From positions 269 to 64,268 of the forward strand of contig DASTFF010000020.1 in the NCBI GenBank assembly GCA_035708865.1: a DNA stretch of 64,000 nucleotides, written 5' to 3'. The notes under the pieces were generated by a model. It was given only the letters and a program-made list of their open reading frames with translations, was not told the DNA's origin and did not search any database. This DNA comes from Gemmatimonadota bacterium. Its GTDB lineage: Bacteria > Gemmatimonadota > Gemmatimonadetes > JACCXV01 > JAHWKZ01. Shown piece by piece: positions 34,070 to 43,223 of this stretch. A program made the position numbers and the translations under genes. Numbering within the stretch: position 1 is the stretch's first letter; the number at the start of each line of letters is the position of its first letter.

Positions 34070-36502
34070 ACGAAGATAGGAGCCGGGGGTCGAGAGTCGC
34101 CACCCGCCGGCCTCGCAGCGGGCGAAGACCGGCCCCCTCCGGTCGGTGCGCCACACCTCGGCTCCCGCGGCGGCCAGCCGCGCCAGAGCATCAGGGTGGG
34201 GATGGCCGTGACGGTTCGCGCGGCCGGCCGAAACCACCGCCGCGCGGGGCGACACCCGGCGCAGGAAAGCCGCGGTGGAGGAGTGGCGGCTGCCGTGATG
34301 CCCGACGTGCAGAAGACCGGCTCGCAGCGAGTCGGCCAGGCGGGCGGCCAGCGCCGCCTCGCCCGGCTTCCCCAGGTCGCCGGTCAGCAGGAGCCGGCAC
34401 GGCCCCGCGCTCATGAGGAGCACGGCCGACGACTCGTTGGCCGGCCGTCCCCCGGCGTGCGGATCGACGGGCACCCAGTCGGCCGTTGGATGGAGGACGT
34501 CGATCGACACCGCTCCCTGGCGGAGCCGCCGGCCGGCGCGCAGGGTCACCGCCCGCGGTCGATCCCCGGCCACGGTCGCCAGGAGCGCGAGCCACGCCGG
34601 GTTGTCGTCCACCGCCATCGGGCTCCCCAGCTGGCCGACCTCCATCCCCCGCACCACGCTCGCCGCGCCTCCCACGTGGTCGAGGTCGGGATGCGTGACG
34701 ATCAACCAGTCCAGCCGCGACACACCGCGCCGGCGCAGGTACGGGAGGACGATGCTCCGGCCGGCGTCGCCGAACGGATACGCGGGTCCGGCGTCGATCA
34801 GCCAGGTCGTCCCGTCGGGGAAGTGGACCACGATGGCGTCACCCTGCCCGACGTCCAGCCAGCCGACCTCCCAGCCCCGGAAAGGGCGCGCCGGCGACGC
34901 AAGTAGGACGGCCAGCGCGAACAGGGCGGCCCCGAGCGCGGGGCGGGGCCACCGCCGGACCGCGAACAGCGCGGCCGCCAGGACCGCCGCCGCCCCGGCC
35001 GTCCAGCCCGCTTCGCCAGGGACCCATACCGGAGCGCCGGCGCCACCCGCCGTCACCACCGTCTCGAGGCCCGCCAGGGTTGCCGCGGCGGTACGGGTCA
35101 GCGGCCCGGCCAGCACCTCGACGCCGGTGGCGTCGGCGAGGAGCGCCATCCACAGGACCGGCAGCGCCAGGCACGACAGCGGCACCGCGAACGGATTGAC
35201 CGGCAGCCCGGCCGGAGCGATCCAGCCGAAGGAGGCGGCCTGGATCGGCATCGTCCCCAAGGTCGAGGCGGTCGTCGCCAGGAGCCCGCCTACCAGGACG
35301 CGGCGGGCCCTCCCCCCACCGCCCGCCAACCGGCGGTCGAGGGGCGCCGCCGCGAGGAGCCCGGCCACTGCCGCGAACGAGAGCGCGAAGCCGAGGTCCA
35401 GCACGTCCAGCGGGCGCCAGGCGAGCATGAGGACGACCGCCAGCCCCCACGCCTGCCAGCCCGCGATCCGCCGCTCGTCGGCCCGCGCCCAGAGGACGGC
35501 GACCGCCATCAGGGTCCCGCGGACGATCGACGCGGGGGCCCCGACCAGGGCGGTGTAGACGGCCAGCAGGACGCCGGTCGCGGTGGCCTTGGGACGGGGC
35601 CTGAGCCCGGCCAGCCCCAGCATCAGGTGGAGGATGGCGGCCAGGAACCCGACCTGGAGGCCGCTCACCGCGAGCAGGTGGAGGGTGCCGCTGCCGGCGA
35701 AGGCGTCGGACAGGGCGGGATCCAGGTCGACCCGGTCACCGAGGAGGAGCGCCACCGCGAGGGGCTCGAGCGCAGCGCCGAAGCGGACCGCCATCCGATC
35801 CCGCAGATGACCCTCCAGGAGCGACAACGCCGGCGCCCGGCCCGTACGCGGTAGCCCCGTCCGGGCGTCCAGCACGCGGCCCCGGAGCCCGCCGGGGCCG
35901 ATCCCCTCGGGCGGGTACCGCGCCCCGGCCAGCGAACGCGGCGGATCGGCGACCAGCCGGCCGGCGACCTCGCGCCGCTCGCCCGGCCGCGGTGGGGGAC
36001 CCGTGCCTCGCCAGGTCAGGCGCGCCCCGGGACAGGGCCGGGCGCAATCGGCGGCGATCCCGAGCGCGCTCCACCCTTCCTTTCCGGAGGGCCTCACGCG
36101 CTCGACGCGGACGACCGCAACGATCGGGGTCGGCTCTCCCTCCGCCGCGCGCACCCACCAGGTCCGTGCGTCTTCCCGGCTGGCGCCGATCGACGTCAGC
36201 AGACGCGCCCCGACCACAAGCGTGACCAGCGCCCAGGCGCGGGAGCGGCCCGACCGGAACCCCAGCGTCGCCACGCCGGCGACGGCGAGCGGTGCCGCCA
36301 AGGCGAGGCCCCGGTACGCAGCTGCGAGGCCGACCGCGATCAGGATCCCCGCCGAGAGGACGGCCGGCGCGGGGTCGTGGCCCGGCGGCGCGGTCAGCGT
36401 CGGGAGTTCGACGGATGCTTCGTCCTGGGAGCGGCGCGCGGTGAGACGGGGGCGGTCTTCGACGGCTTCCTGTAAGACGGGAGGAACCCGCACTAACGGC
36501 AA
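34070..36502 (-). CDS. comEC: ComEC/Rec2 DNA internalisation protein; 3' end unresolved because the frame has no stop until 32030
   Basis: Polytopic competence domain (LLLGDRVDLD...SGTLHLLAVSGLQVG) plus a metallo-beta-lactamase domain (DVGQGDAIVV, LIVTHPDLDHVGG, LHVGHHGS). TTG start at 36502. The 34070 end is where similarity and GC3 bias fade; it is not a stop codon. Confidence 0.7.
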
Positions 36503-36528
36503 GAGCGGGGCCCGGTGGAAGCCGGGGG

Positions 36529-38751
36529 TCAGTCGACGATCTGGAAGCTCGTCCCGGCTTCGACCCGGCGCTCGTACAGGTTATGGTCGGTGACCGCGAC
36601 CTCGAGCGTATAGGTGCCGGGCTCGAGCGCGCTCGCGTCGAACGTCACCCGCTCGGGCCAGACCGCGCCGGCGGACCACGGGATCGTCCGCTCGAAGGAG
36701 AGCGTGATCGCGTCCGGCTCCTCGTCCACGCCCACCAGGCCCTTGAGCCCGCCGAAGAAGCGCTCGATCGCGCTCCGGTCGAGCTTGCGCGCACGGATCG
36801 TGTAGTCGACCCTGAACCTCAGCTCGCGCTCCGCTCCTGGGCTCAGGTGATACGCTTCGAAGTAGAGGCCGAGCGGCTCGTCCCTCAGGAAGGTGCGGGT
36901 CGGGAGCGCCACGACCGGAATCCCGTGGCGCGTGAAGCGCGGCGGAGGCACGCCCTGGATCGCCTCGGAGGAGAGGACCAGGTCCGAGAGCTCGAGCCCG
37001 GTAGCGGAGAAGCGGCGCACCTGGAGCGGCCCCTTCACGACCCCGATCCCGTCGCCCTGGAGGTCGTCCACCTGAAGGGCGAACGCGTACGCGCCCGGCG
37101 CCATCCGCAAGCGGAACATGTCGACCAGGTAGTACTCGCTGCGGCCGTCGCGCTCGGGAACCCGTGCCACCACGGCGTCCGCCTCCTCGGTGCGGCGCAG
37201 CAGCTCGTTCCACCGGGCGTCGTACAGGACGAGCCCCTTGCGATACCGGTACTGGTTTCCGCGGACCTCGACCGACGACAGCGGGACCGAGAAGAACAGG
37301 AACAGCTCGCTGCCGTCCTGGAACGCCGAGAACCCGACCGGCAGCTCCACGACCGGGATCACCTCCTCGATCCGGTGCTCGTAGGTGTCGGTCGAGAGCC
37401 CCTCCTCGAAGTCGTCGAGGGCCTTCTGCTGGGCGCGTAGGAGATCGGTGCCTCCCAATCCCCACGGTGCGAAGTACTCGAGCGCGCGGCCCGTGTGCGG
37501 GATGGTGGTGAAGTTGCAGTCGTTGCCGAAGAACTGGCCGCGGGTCCCGAGGATCGACCCGGCGCCGGTGGTGAAGTTCACGGCCACCTCGCCGTCCCCG
37601 GCGAAGGCCTCGTTGCGGTACAGCCAGAACCCGCACTCTTGGACGCCGACGCCGTCCGTCTCCTCGGGCCGGCCATGACGCAGAAAGAACGCCCCGCGAT
37701 CGTCGAGCGCCCGCCCGTCCAGCTCGACGTCGACCGCCGGCAGGCCCGAGTCCCGGCCCCCCAGCGCGACCAGCTTCGACTTGGAGACCGGCTTCTTCCA
37801 GCCGTAGGCGGTGCGGGCCAGGCGGTTGCGCTCGAGCTGGGCGACCCACCGCTCGTTGAGATCGCTGAACGGGAGCGGATCGCGCGCGTTCCACCAGCCG
37901 GTCAGGAAGGCGCGGCGCCGCGAGAACGAGGCGTGCTCCCACGCCGCCCGCTCGGCCTCGCTCAGCAGCGGCTCGACGTCCCGGTAGTAGGGTTGGAGAT
38001 CCTCGGCCGAGCGGGCGAAGCCGAGGCCGTTGAAGTAGTAGGCGCTCCCGCTCCGGGCGTCCCCCAGCGCGGCCAGGACGACTCCCGCGTGGTACGAGAG
38101 CCGGGCCAGATAGCGCTCCTGCCGCACCCGGCCCCGGAACTCCTCGATCGCGTCGCGCGCCTCCTCGAAGAGGCCGGCGTCCGCCAGGACGTCGATCCGC
38201 CGGAGCGCCAGCTCGGGGACGTACTCGCGCTCCAGGCCGCGCGCGAACTCCTCCGCCAGCGCCCGGCTGTCGCCGGGCACCAGGTACATCCGGCTCCACA
38301 GCCGGTACGCCTCGTCGTGAAGCGGCTGGCGGCGCAGGATCTCGTGCAGCGCCCGTCGTGCCCGCGGATCCGCGTCGCCTCCCTCGAGCTGCAGGTTCAC
38401 GCGAGCCAGGCGCAACCAGTTGTCGAGATCGCCGGGGTCGGCCTCGAGCGAGCGCTCGAGGGCGTCACGGGCGTAGAAGAGACGGTTGTCGAGCGCGAGC
38501 CAGGCGTCGGCGAGCGCGTCGTAGCCGGGGCCCTCCGGGTAGCCCTCGCGCAACGCGCGTTCGAAGTGCTCCCTCGCCCGCCACGGGTCGCCGCTCTCGA
38601 GCGAGGAGGTGCCGGCCGCGAAATGGCGTTCGGCGGCGGTCCGGGCTGGAGCCGTCTCCTCGGGAACCGCCTGGGCGGTCCACGCCCCGGCACCGCCGGC
38701 GTCGAGCGCGATCCCCAGGACCACGCCCGCCAGCAGGACGACGGGTCTCAC
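36529..38751 (-). CDS. Secreted TPR protein with a GWxTD-like core and a C-terminal beta domain (paralog 1, 740 aa)
   Basis: Signal peptide, TPR-like N-terminal third, then WWNARDPLPFSDLNERW...LDDRGAFFLRHGRPEE. That block resembles the GWxTD-domain pattern (FW..RDP...NE...TDRG..Y..YG.P) as I recall it. Clear paralog of 40490..42649. Confidence 0.7.
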   Translation of the reverse strand: MRPVVLLAGVVLGIALDAGGAGAWTAQAVPEETAPARTAAERHFAAGTSSLESGDPWRAREHFERALREGYPEGPGYDALADAWLALDNRLFYARDALERSLEADPGDLDNWLRLARVNLQLEGGDADPRARRALHEILRRQPLHDEAYRLWSRMYLVPGDSRALAEEFARGLEREYVPELALRRIDVLADAGLFEEARDAIEEFRGRVRQERYLARLSYHAGVVLAALGDARSGSAYYFNGLGFARSAEDLQPYYRDVEPLLSEAERAAWEHASFSRRRAFLTGWWNARDPLPFSDLNERWVAQLERNRLARTAYGWKKPVSKSKLVALGGRDSGLPAVDVELDGRALDDRGAFFLRHGRPEETDGVGVQECGFWLYRNEAFAGDGEVAVNFTTGAGSILGTRGQFFGNDCNFTTIPHTGRALEYFAPWGLGGTDLLRAQQKALDDFEEGLSTDTYEHRIEEVIPVVELPVGFSAFQDGSELFLFFSVPLSSVEVRGNQYRYRKGLVLYDARWNELLRRTEEADAVVARVPERDGRSEYYLVDMFRLRMAPGAYAFALQVDDLQGDGIGVVKGPLQVRRFSATGLELSDLVLSSEAIQGVPPPRFTRHGIPVVALPTRTFLRDEPLGLYFEAYHLSPGAERELRFRVDYTIRARKLDRSAIERFFGGLKGLVGVDEEPDAITLSFERTIPWSAGAVWPERVTFDASALEPGTYTLEVAVTDHNLYERRVEAGTSFQIVD

Positions 38752-39107
38752 TCCCGGGTCCGCGCCGGGTCCCCGCCGCGGACCTCACCTCCTCCCGGGG
38801 GCAGGGTCCGGTCGCCGTGACGTGCGGTGCCGGCGAGATCGCGCTCACGCTCGAGCTCGCGCACGCGGCGCGCCAGCCGCTGGCGCTCCCCGCGGGCCGC
38901 GAGATCCGCCGGCAGGCCGAGCAGGAACATCACGAGGAGCCCCACGAAGATGCCGGCGTAGACCGCGTACACGGCCTCGCCGCGCCACGTCCAGATGCCG
39001 AAATCGAGGGCAATCGTCTGGCCGCGGTTGAAGACGGCGAACGGGACCAGCAGGAGCGAGGCCGCGATCCCGGCCACGAGCGCCCAGCGGCGGGAGCCTC
39101 CCCCCAC
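38748..39107 (-). CDS. Small membrane protein, LapA/DUF1049-like
   Basis: Two TM helices flank FNRGQTIALDFGIWTW, followed by a charged coiled tail (ERQRLARRVRELERERD). GTG start. Confidence 0.55.
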   Translation of the reverse strand: MGGGSRRWALVAGIAASLLLVPFAVFNRGQTIALDFGIWTWRGEAVYAVYAGIFVGLLVMFLLGLPADLAARGERQRLARRVRELERERDLAGTARHGDRTLPPGGGEVRGGDPARTRE

Positions 39108-39110
39108 GGC

Positions 39111-40466
39111 TCAGCCCGCCAGGACAGGAATCTCGTGGACGGGCCGGCCGCCGAGCCCCGCCCGTACCGGGCGGCCGTGCAGGGTGATTCCGGCCAGCGC
39201 CTCGATCCGGACCGGCACGATCTCGCCCACCAGCTCCGGACCGCCCGGCAGCACCACGGTCTCGCGATGCTCGGTCCAGCCCGTCAGCCGGCCCTCGCCG
39301 CGCCGGGCCGGGCCTTGGACGAGGACGTCCTCGGTGTGCCCGACCTTGGCCATCAGATAGCCCGCCCCGATCGATCGCTGGAGCCGGTTCAGCGTCTCCA
39401 GCCGTCCGACCGCGACCGCGCGCGGGACCAGCCCCGCGGTGATCTCGGCCGCCGGCGTGTGAGGCCGCGGAGAGTACACGAACACGTACGCCGAGTTGTA
39501 CCGCACGTCTTCCATCAGCCTGCAGGTGGCCTCGAAGTCGGCGTCCGTCTCGCCCGGGAACCCGACGATGACGTCGGTCGAGAGCGCGCAGTCGGGGATC
39601 GCGCTCCGCAGCATGTCGATCCGTTCACGATACCAGGCCGCCGTGTGCTCGCGGCGCATCGCGGCCAGGATCCGGTCCGAGCCCGACTGAACCGGCAGGT
39701 GGACGTGGTTCATGACGTTGCCGTGCGCCGCGATCGCCTCGACCAGGCGCTCGGTGAAGTCCCATGGATGGCTGGTCGTGAAACGGACACGGGCCAGCCC
39801 ATCCACCGCCGCCACCGCCGAAAGCAGCTCCGGGAAGTCGCGCCCGCCGTCACGGTAGGAGTTCACGTTCTGTCCCAGCAGGGTCACCTCCCGGGCCCCA
39901 CTCTCGACCGCGCGCCGGACCTCGGCCACGATCCCCTCGAGCGAGCGGCACTTCTCGCGCCCGCGCGTGAACGGGACGATGCAGTAGGAGCAGAACTTGT
40001 CGCAGCCGCGCATGATCGTGACCCAGGCCGCGAACCGCTCGAGCCGCAACGGCTCCAGGTCCTCGTACCCCTCGCTCCGGTTGAAGCGGTCGTAGACCAC
40101 CCGCTCGCCGTCGCCGACGCGGTCGAGGATCTCCGGCAGATGCCGGTAGGAGTCGGGCCCGACCACGAAGTCGACGTACGAGGCGCGCTCAAGGAGCTCC
40201 TGCCCGAGCTCCTTCGCCACGCAGCCGGCAACCCCGAGCCGGACGTCACCGCGCTCGAGCTTGTGGCGGTTCAGCTCGCCGATCCGGCCGATCACCCGCT
40301 GCTCGGCGTGATCGCGGATCGCGCACGTGTTCACGATGAGGACGTCGGCCGCAGCGGGGTCCTCCACCCGGACGTGCCCCTCGCGGTCCAGGACACCGCC
40401 CATGAGCTCGGTGTCGGCGACGTTCATCTGGCAGCCGTAGGTCTCGATGTAGAAGCGCAAAGCCAT
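39111..40466 (-). CDS. miaB: tRNA-2-methylthio-N6-dimethylallyladenosine synthase (radical SAM)
   Basis: FYIETYGCQMNVADTE (UPF0004 cluster), GCDKFCSYCIVP (radical SAM CxxxCxxC), C-terminal TRAM region. Confidence 0.92.
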   Translation of the reverse strand: MALRFYIETYGCQMNVADTELMGGVLDREGHVRVEDPAAADVLIVNTCAIRDHAEQRVIGRIGELNRHKLERGDVRLGVAGCVAKELGQELLERASYVDFVVGPDSYRHLPEILDRVGDGERVVYDRFNRSEGYEDLEPLRLERFAAWVTIMRGCDKFCSYCIVPFTRGREKCRSLEGIVAEVRRAVESGAREVTLLGQNVNSYRDGGRDFPELLSAVAAVDGLARVRFTTSHPWDFTERLVEAIAAHGNVMNHVHLPVQSGSDRILAAMRREHTAAWYRERIDMLRSAIPDCALSTDVIVGFPGETDADFEATCRLMEDVRYNSAYVFVYSPRPHTPAAEITAGLVPRAVAVGRLETLNRLQRSIGAGYLMAKVGHTEDVLVQGPARRGEGRLTGWTEHRETVVLPGGPELVGEIVPVRIEALAGITLHGRPVRAGLGGRPVHEIPVLAG

Positions 40467-40489
40467 GGATCGGCAATATACGGCGGCGA

Positions 40490-42649
40490 TCAGTCGGCGC
40501 CGATCTCGAACATCCGCTCGACCTGGACCGTCGGGGCGCCGCCGGCCAGATCGCGCACCTCGACCTCGAGCACGTACTCGCCCTCCCGGAGCTCCGAGGT
40601 GTCCAGCGAGACGTGTTCGACGAGCGGGCCCTCCCCCGCGGGGGCCTCCCTCTCGAACGAGAAGGTGGTCGCCCGCTCCTCCTCGCTCACGCCCACCAGC
40701 CCCTGGAGGCCGCGGAAGAGACGCTCGAGGGCGCCCCGCTCGAGACGCTCGGCCCGGATCGTGTAGTCGACGCGGAACCGATGGCGGCCGGTGGCATCGG
40801 GTTCCAGCCCGTAGACCTCGTAGTACAGGTGGAGCGGCTCGGCCCCGGCGAAGGCGAGCGAGGGGCGGGGAAGAATCCCCACGTCGCGGCGGACGAAGCG
40901 CGGCGGCGCGACGTTCTCCCCCACCTGCGTCGCCAGCACGACGTCCGAGAGCGCGAGGCCGGACGGGGCGTGGCCGCGGACGTCGAGCCTCCCCCTGGCG
41001 ACGCCGGCGCGCCCGTCCCCGGGTGCCTCGACCTGGACGGCGTACCGGTAGCCGGCCGGTCCCCGCCCGACCGGGAGGCGCAGCACTTCGAGCCGCCGGC
41101 CCGTCCCGGGATCACGGACGGCCGGAGCCGGCGCCGGGTCGAGGGCCTCGCGCCCGACCTCGTTCCATTCGGCGTCGTAGACGACGACGCCCACCCGGTG
41201 CGACGCGGCCCCCGCCTCCTCGAAGCCGACGTAGAACGTTCCGTCGGTCCCGCCGGCGGCGGCGAAGACGGCCGGCTGGACATGCACCTCGATCGCGTCC
41301 TCGTCGTCCTCCACGTAGCTGTCGGTCGTGAGCGCCACCTCGAGGTCCTCCAGCGCCTCCCCCTGCGCTTGCCCGACATCGGCCTGCGACCAGATGTCGA
41401 AGTGCTCCAGCGCCCGCTGCGTGGTCGGCAGCGTGGTGAAGTTGCAGGCGTTGGAGAAGAACTGGCCGCGCGAGAACACCATCTGCCCCGCACCCCGGCC
41501 GAAGTTGACGCCGATCTCCCCGTCCCCCGGCAGCTCGTTCCGGTGGTAATACCAGAAACCGCACTCGTCGCTGCCCGGCCCCTGCCGGTCGTCGGGCTCT
41601 CCGTGACGCAGGTAGATGGCGCCGCGGTCCTCGAGCGGGCGGCCGTCCAGGCGGACCTCGAACGCCGGCAGCCCGCTGTCGCGGCCCCCGAGCTCGACCA
41701 GCCGATCCTTCTCGAGCGGCCGCCGCCAGCGGTAGACGTCGCGGGCGACCCGGATCCGGCGCTGCTGCTCGGCCCATCGGGCGTGGTCGGCCGACAGGGG
41801 GCGGGGATCGCGCGCGTTCCACCATCCGAGCAGGAAGCCGCGCTTGCCGGCAGCCGTCCGGCCGCGCCACGACATCCGCTCGTCCTCAGTCAGAAGAGGC
41901 TCGACGTCGGCGTAGTAGGGTGCCAGCCCGGCGTCCGTGTCGGCCCGCCGGAGGCCTTCGAAGTACGCCTGGGCCCCGTCCGCCTCGTCGCCCCGGGCGG
42001 CCTCCAGCACGCCCTCGTAGTAGGCGAGCCGGGGACCGTACGCCGCCCCATCCGCGTGCCGCCGGAAGCGTGCGACCTCAGCCGCCGCCGCCTCGTAGTC
42101 CCCGGCGTCGTACAGGACGTCGATCCGCCTGAGCGCGATCTCGGGGTCCCAGCCGGCGTCCAGGCGGTCTCCCAGGATCGCCGCAGTCTCCTCGAGATCG
42201 TCGGGCTCCCAGGACAGCCGGCTCCAGCGCTCCCACGCATCGCGATGGAACGGGTCGCGACGGAACACCTCGTGGAAGGCAGCCCGGGCGCGCGGGTCCG
42301 CGTCGCCGCCATCCAGGCGCAGGTTGATGTCGGCCAGCAGGTACCACCATCCCGTGCTGTCGGGCTCGGCCTTCAGCGCGCTCTCGACGGCGTCGCGGGC
42401 ATCGAAGAGACGGTTGTCGAGGGCCAGCCAGGCGTCCGCCAGGGCGCGGTTGCCTTCTCCCCGTGGATAGCCCTCCCGGAGCGCGCGCTCGAAGTGCTCG
42501 CGCGCCTCCCAGGCGTCGCCGGAGGCGAGGGCCGAGCGGCCCCGCTCGAACCACGCGGCGGCGTCCTGCGCGCGCGCGGGGAGTGGACCATGGAGCCAGG
42601 TCAGAAGGGCCGCGAGCGCGATCCAGAGGCCGGATCGATGCCGGATCAT
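40490..42649 (-). CDS. Secreted TPR protein with a GWxTD-like core and a C-terminal beta domain (paralog 2, 719 aa)
   Basis: Start set at [16 protein letters not shown] (signal peptide). Shares many identical blocks with 36529..38751, for example [57 protein letters not shown] and FRVDYTIRA. Confidence 0.7.
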   Translation of the reverse strand: MIRHRSGLWIALAALLTWLHGPLPARAQDAAAWFERGRSALASGDAWEAREHFERALREGYPRGEGNRALADAWLALDNRLFDARDAVESALKAEPDSTGWWYLLADINLRLDGGDADPRARAAFHEVFRRDPFHRDAWERWSRLSWEPDDLEETAAILGDRLDAGWDPEIALRRIDVLYDAGDYEAAAAEVARFRRHADGAAYGPRLAYYEGVLEAARGDEADGAQAYFEGLRRADTDAGLAPYYADVEPLLTEDERMSWRGRTAAGKRGFLLGWWNARDPRPLSADHARWAEQQRRIRVARDVYRWRRPLEKDRLVELGGRDSGLPAFEVRLDGRPLEDRGAIYLRHGEPDDRQGPGSDECGFWYYHRNELPGDGEIGVNFGRGAGQMVFSRGQFFSNACNFTTLPTTQRALEHFDIWSQADVGQAQGEALEDLEVALTTDSYVEDDEDAIEVHVQPAVFAAAGGTDGTFYVGFEEAGAASHRVGVVVYDAEWNEVGREALDPAPAPAVRDPGTGRRLEVLRLPVGRGPAGYRYAVQVEAPGDGRAGVARGRLDVRGHAPSGLALSDVVLATQVGENVAPPRFVRRDVGILPRPSLAFAGAEPLHLYYEVYGLEPDATGRHRFRVDYTIRAERLERGALERLFRGLQGLVGVSEEERATTFSFEREAPAGEGPLVEHVSLDTSELREGEYVLEVEVRDLAGGAPTVQVERMFEIGAD

Positions 42650-42716
42650 ATGCCGGGTAAACCAGTGCGAAGAAGGTCCGGTTGCCGGCCCGGTCGGGCC
42701 CGGGCGAAACCGGTCG

Positions 42717-43223
42717 CTACGACGTCTCCGACGTGTCGCTCGCGGCCGCGCCGGGCGACGGGCCGATCTCGGTCGGAAAGCCCGCCTCTTTCCAGCCCTG
42801 GAGGCCGGCCCGCATGTCGTACACCTCTCCGTATCCGAGCTGGGTGAGGGCATCGTGGGCATACTGGGAGATCGGGCAGTCGGAGTCCGAGCAGTAGACG
42901 ACGATCCGCGCGTCCCGCGGCGGGAGCTTGGCGCCCGGACGGATGTCCACGTACGAGATCTGGATCGAGCCCGGGATGTGCTCCTGGGCGTACTGCACCG
43001 AATCGCGGGCGTCGATCAGGATGAAGGGCACCGAGTCCTGCTGCCATTCGCGGACGCGCTCGGGCGTGACGATGAGGATCCCCGCCTCGACCTCCGGTGC
43101 CGGGATCGAAGGCGGCAGGTTCTCGGCGACCGCCGTCTCGGGAACTTCCCCGCCGGGTTCCGGCCCGGCCCCGCAGCCCAGGCCCAGCGCGATCATGAGC
43201 CCGACGTATCCGCCACGTCTCAT
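42717..43223 (-). CDS. Rhodanese-domain lipoprotein
   Basis: [18 protein letters not shown] has a lipobox. The rhodanese fold reads [21 protein letters not shown]...[16 protein letters not shown]...[15 protein letters not shown]. The ATG overlaps the metE stop (ATGA). Confidence 0.8.
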   Translation of the reverse strand: MRRGGYVGLMIALGLGCGAGPEPGGEVPETAVAENLPPSIPAPEVEAGILIVTPERVREWQQDSVPFILIDARDSVQYAQEHIPGSIQISYVDIRPGAKLPPRDARIVVYCSDSDCPISQYAHDALTQLGYGEVYDMRAGLQGWKEAGFPTEIGPSPGAAASDTSETS

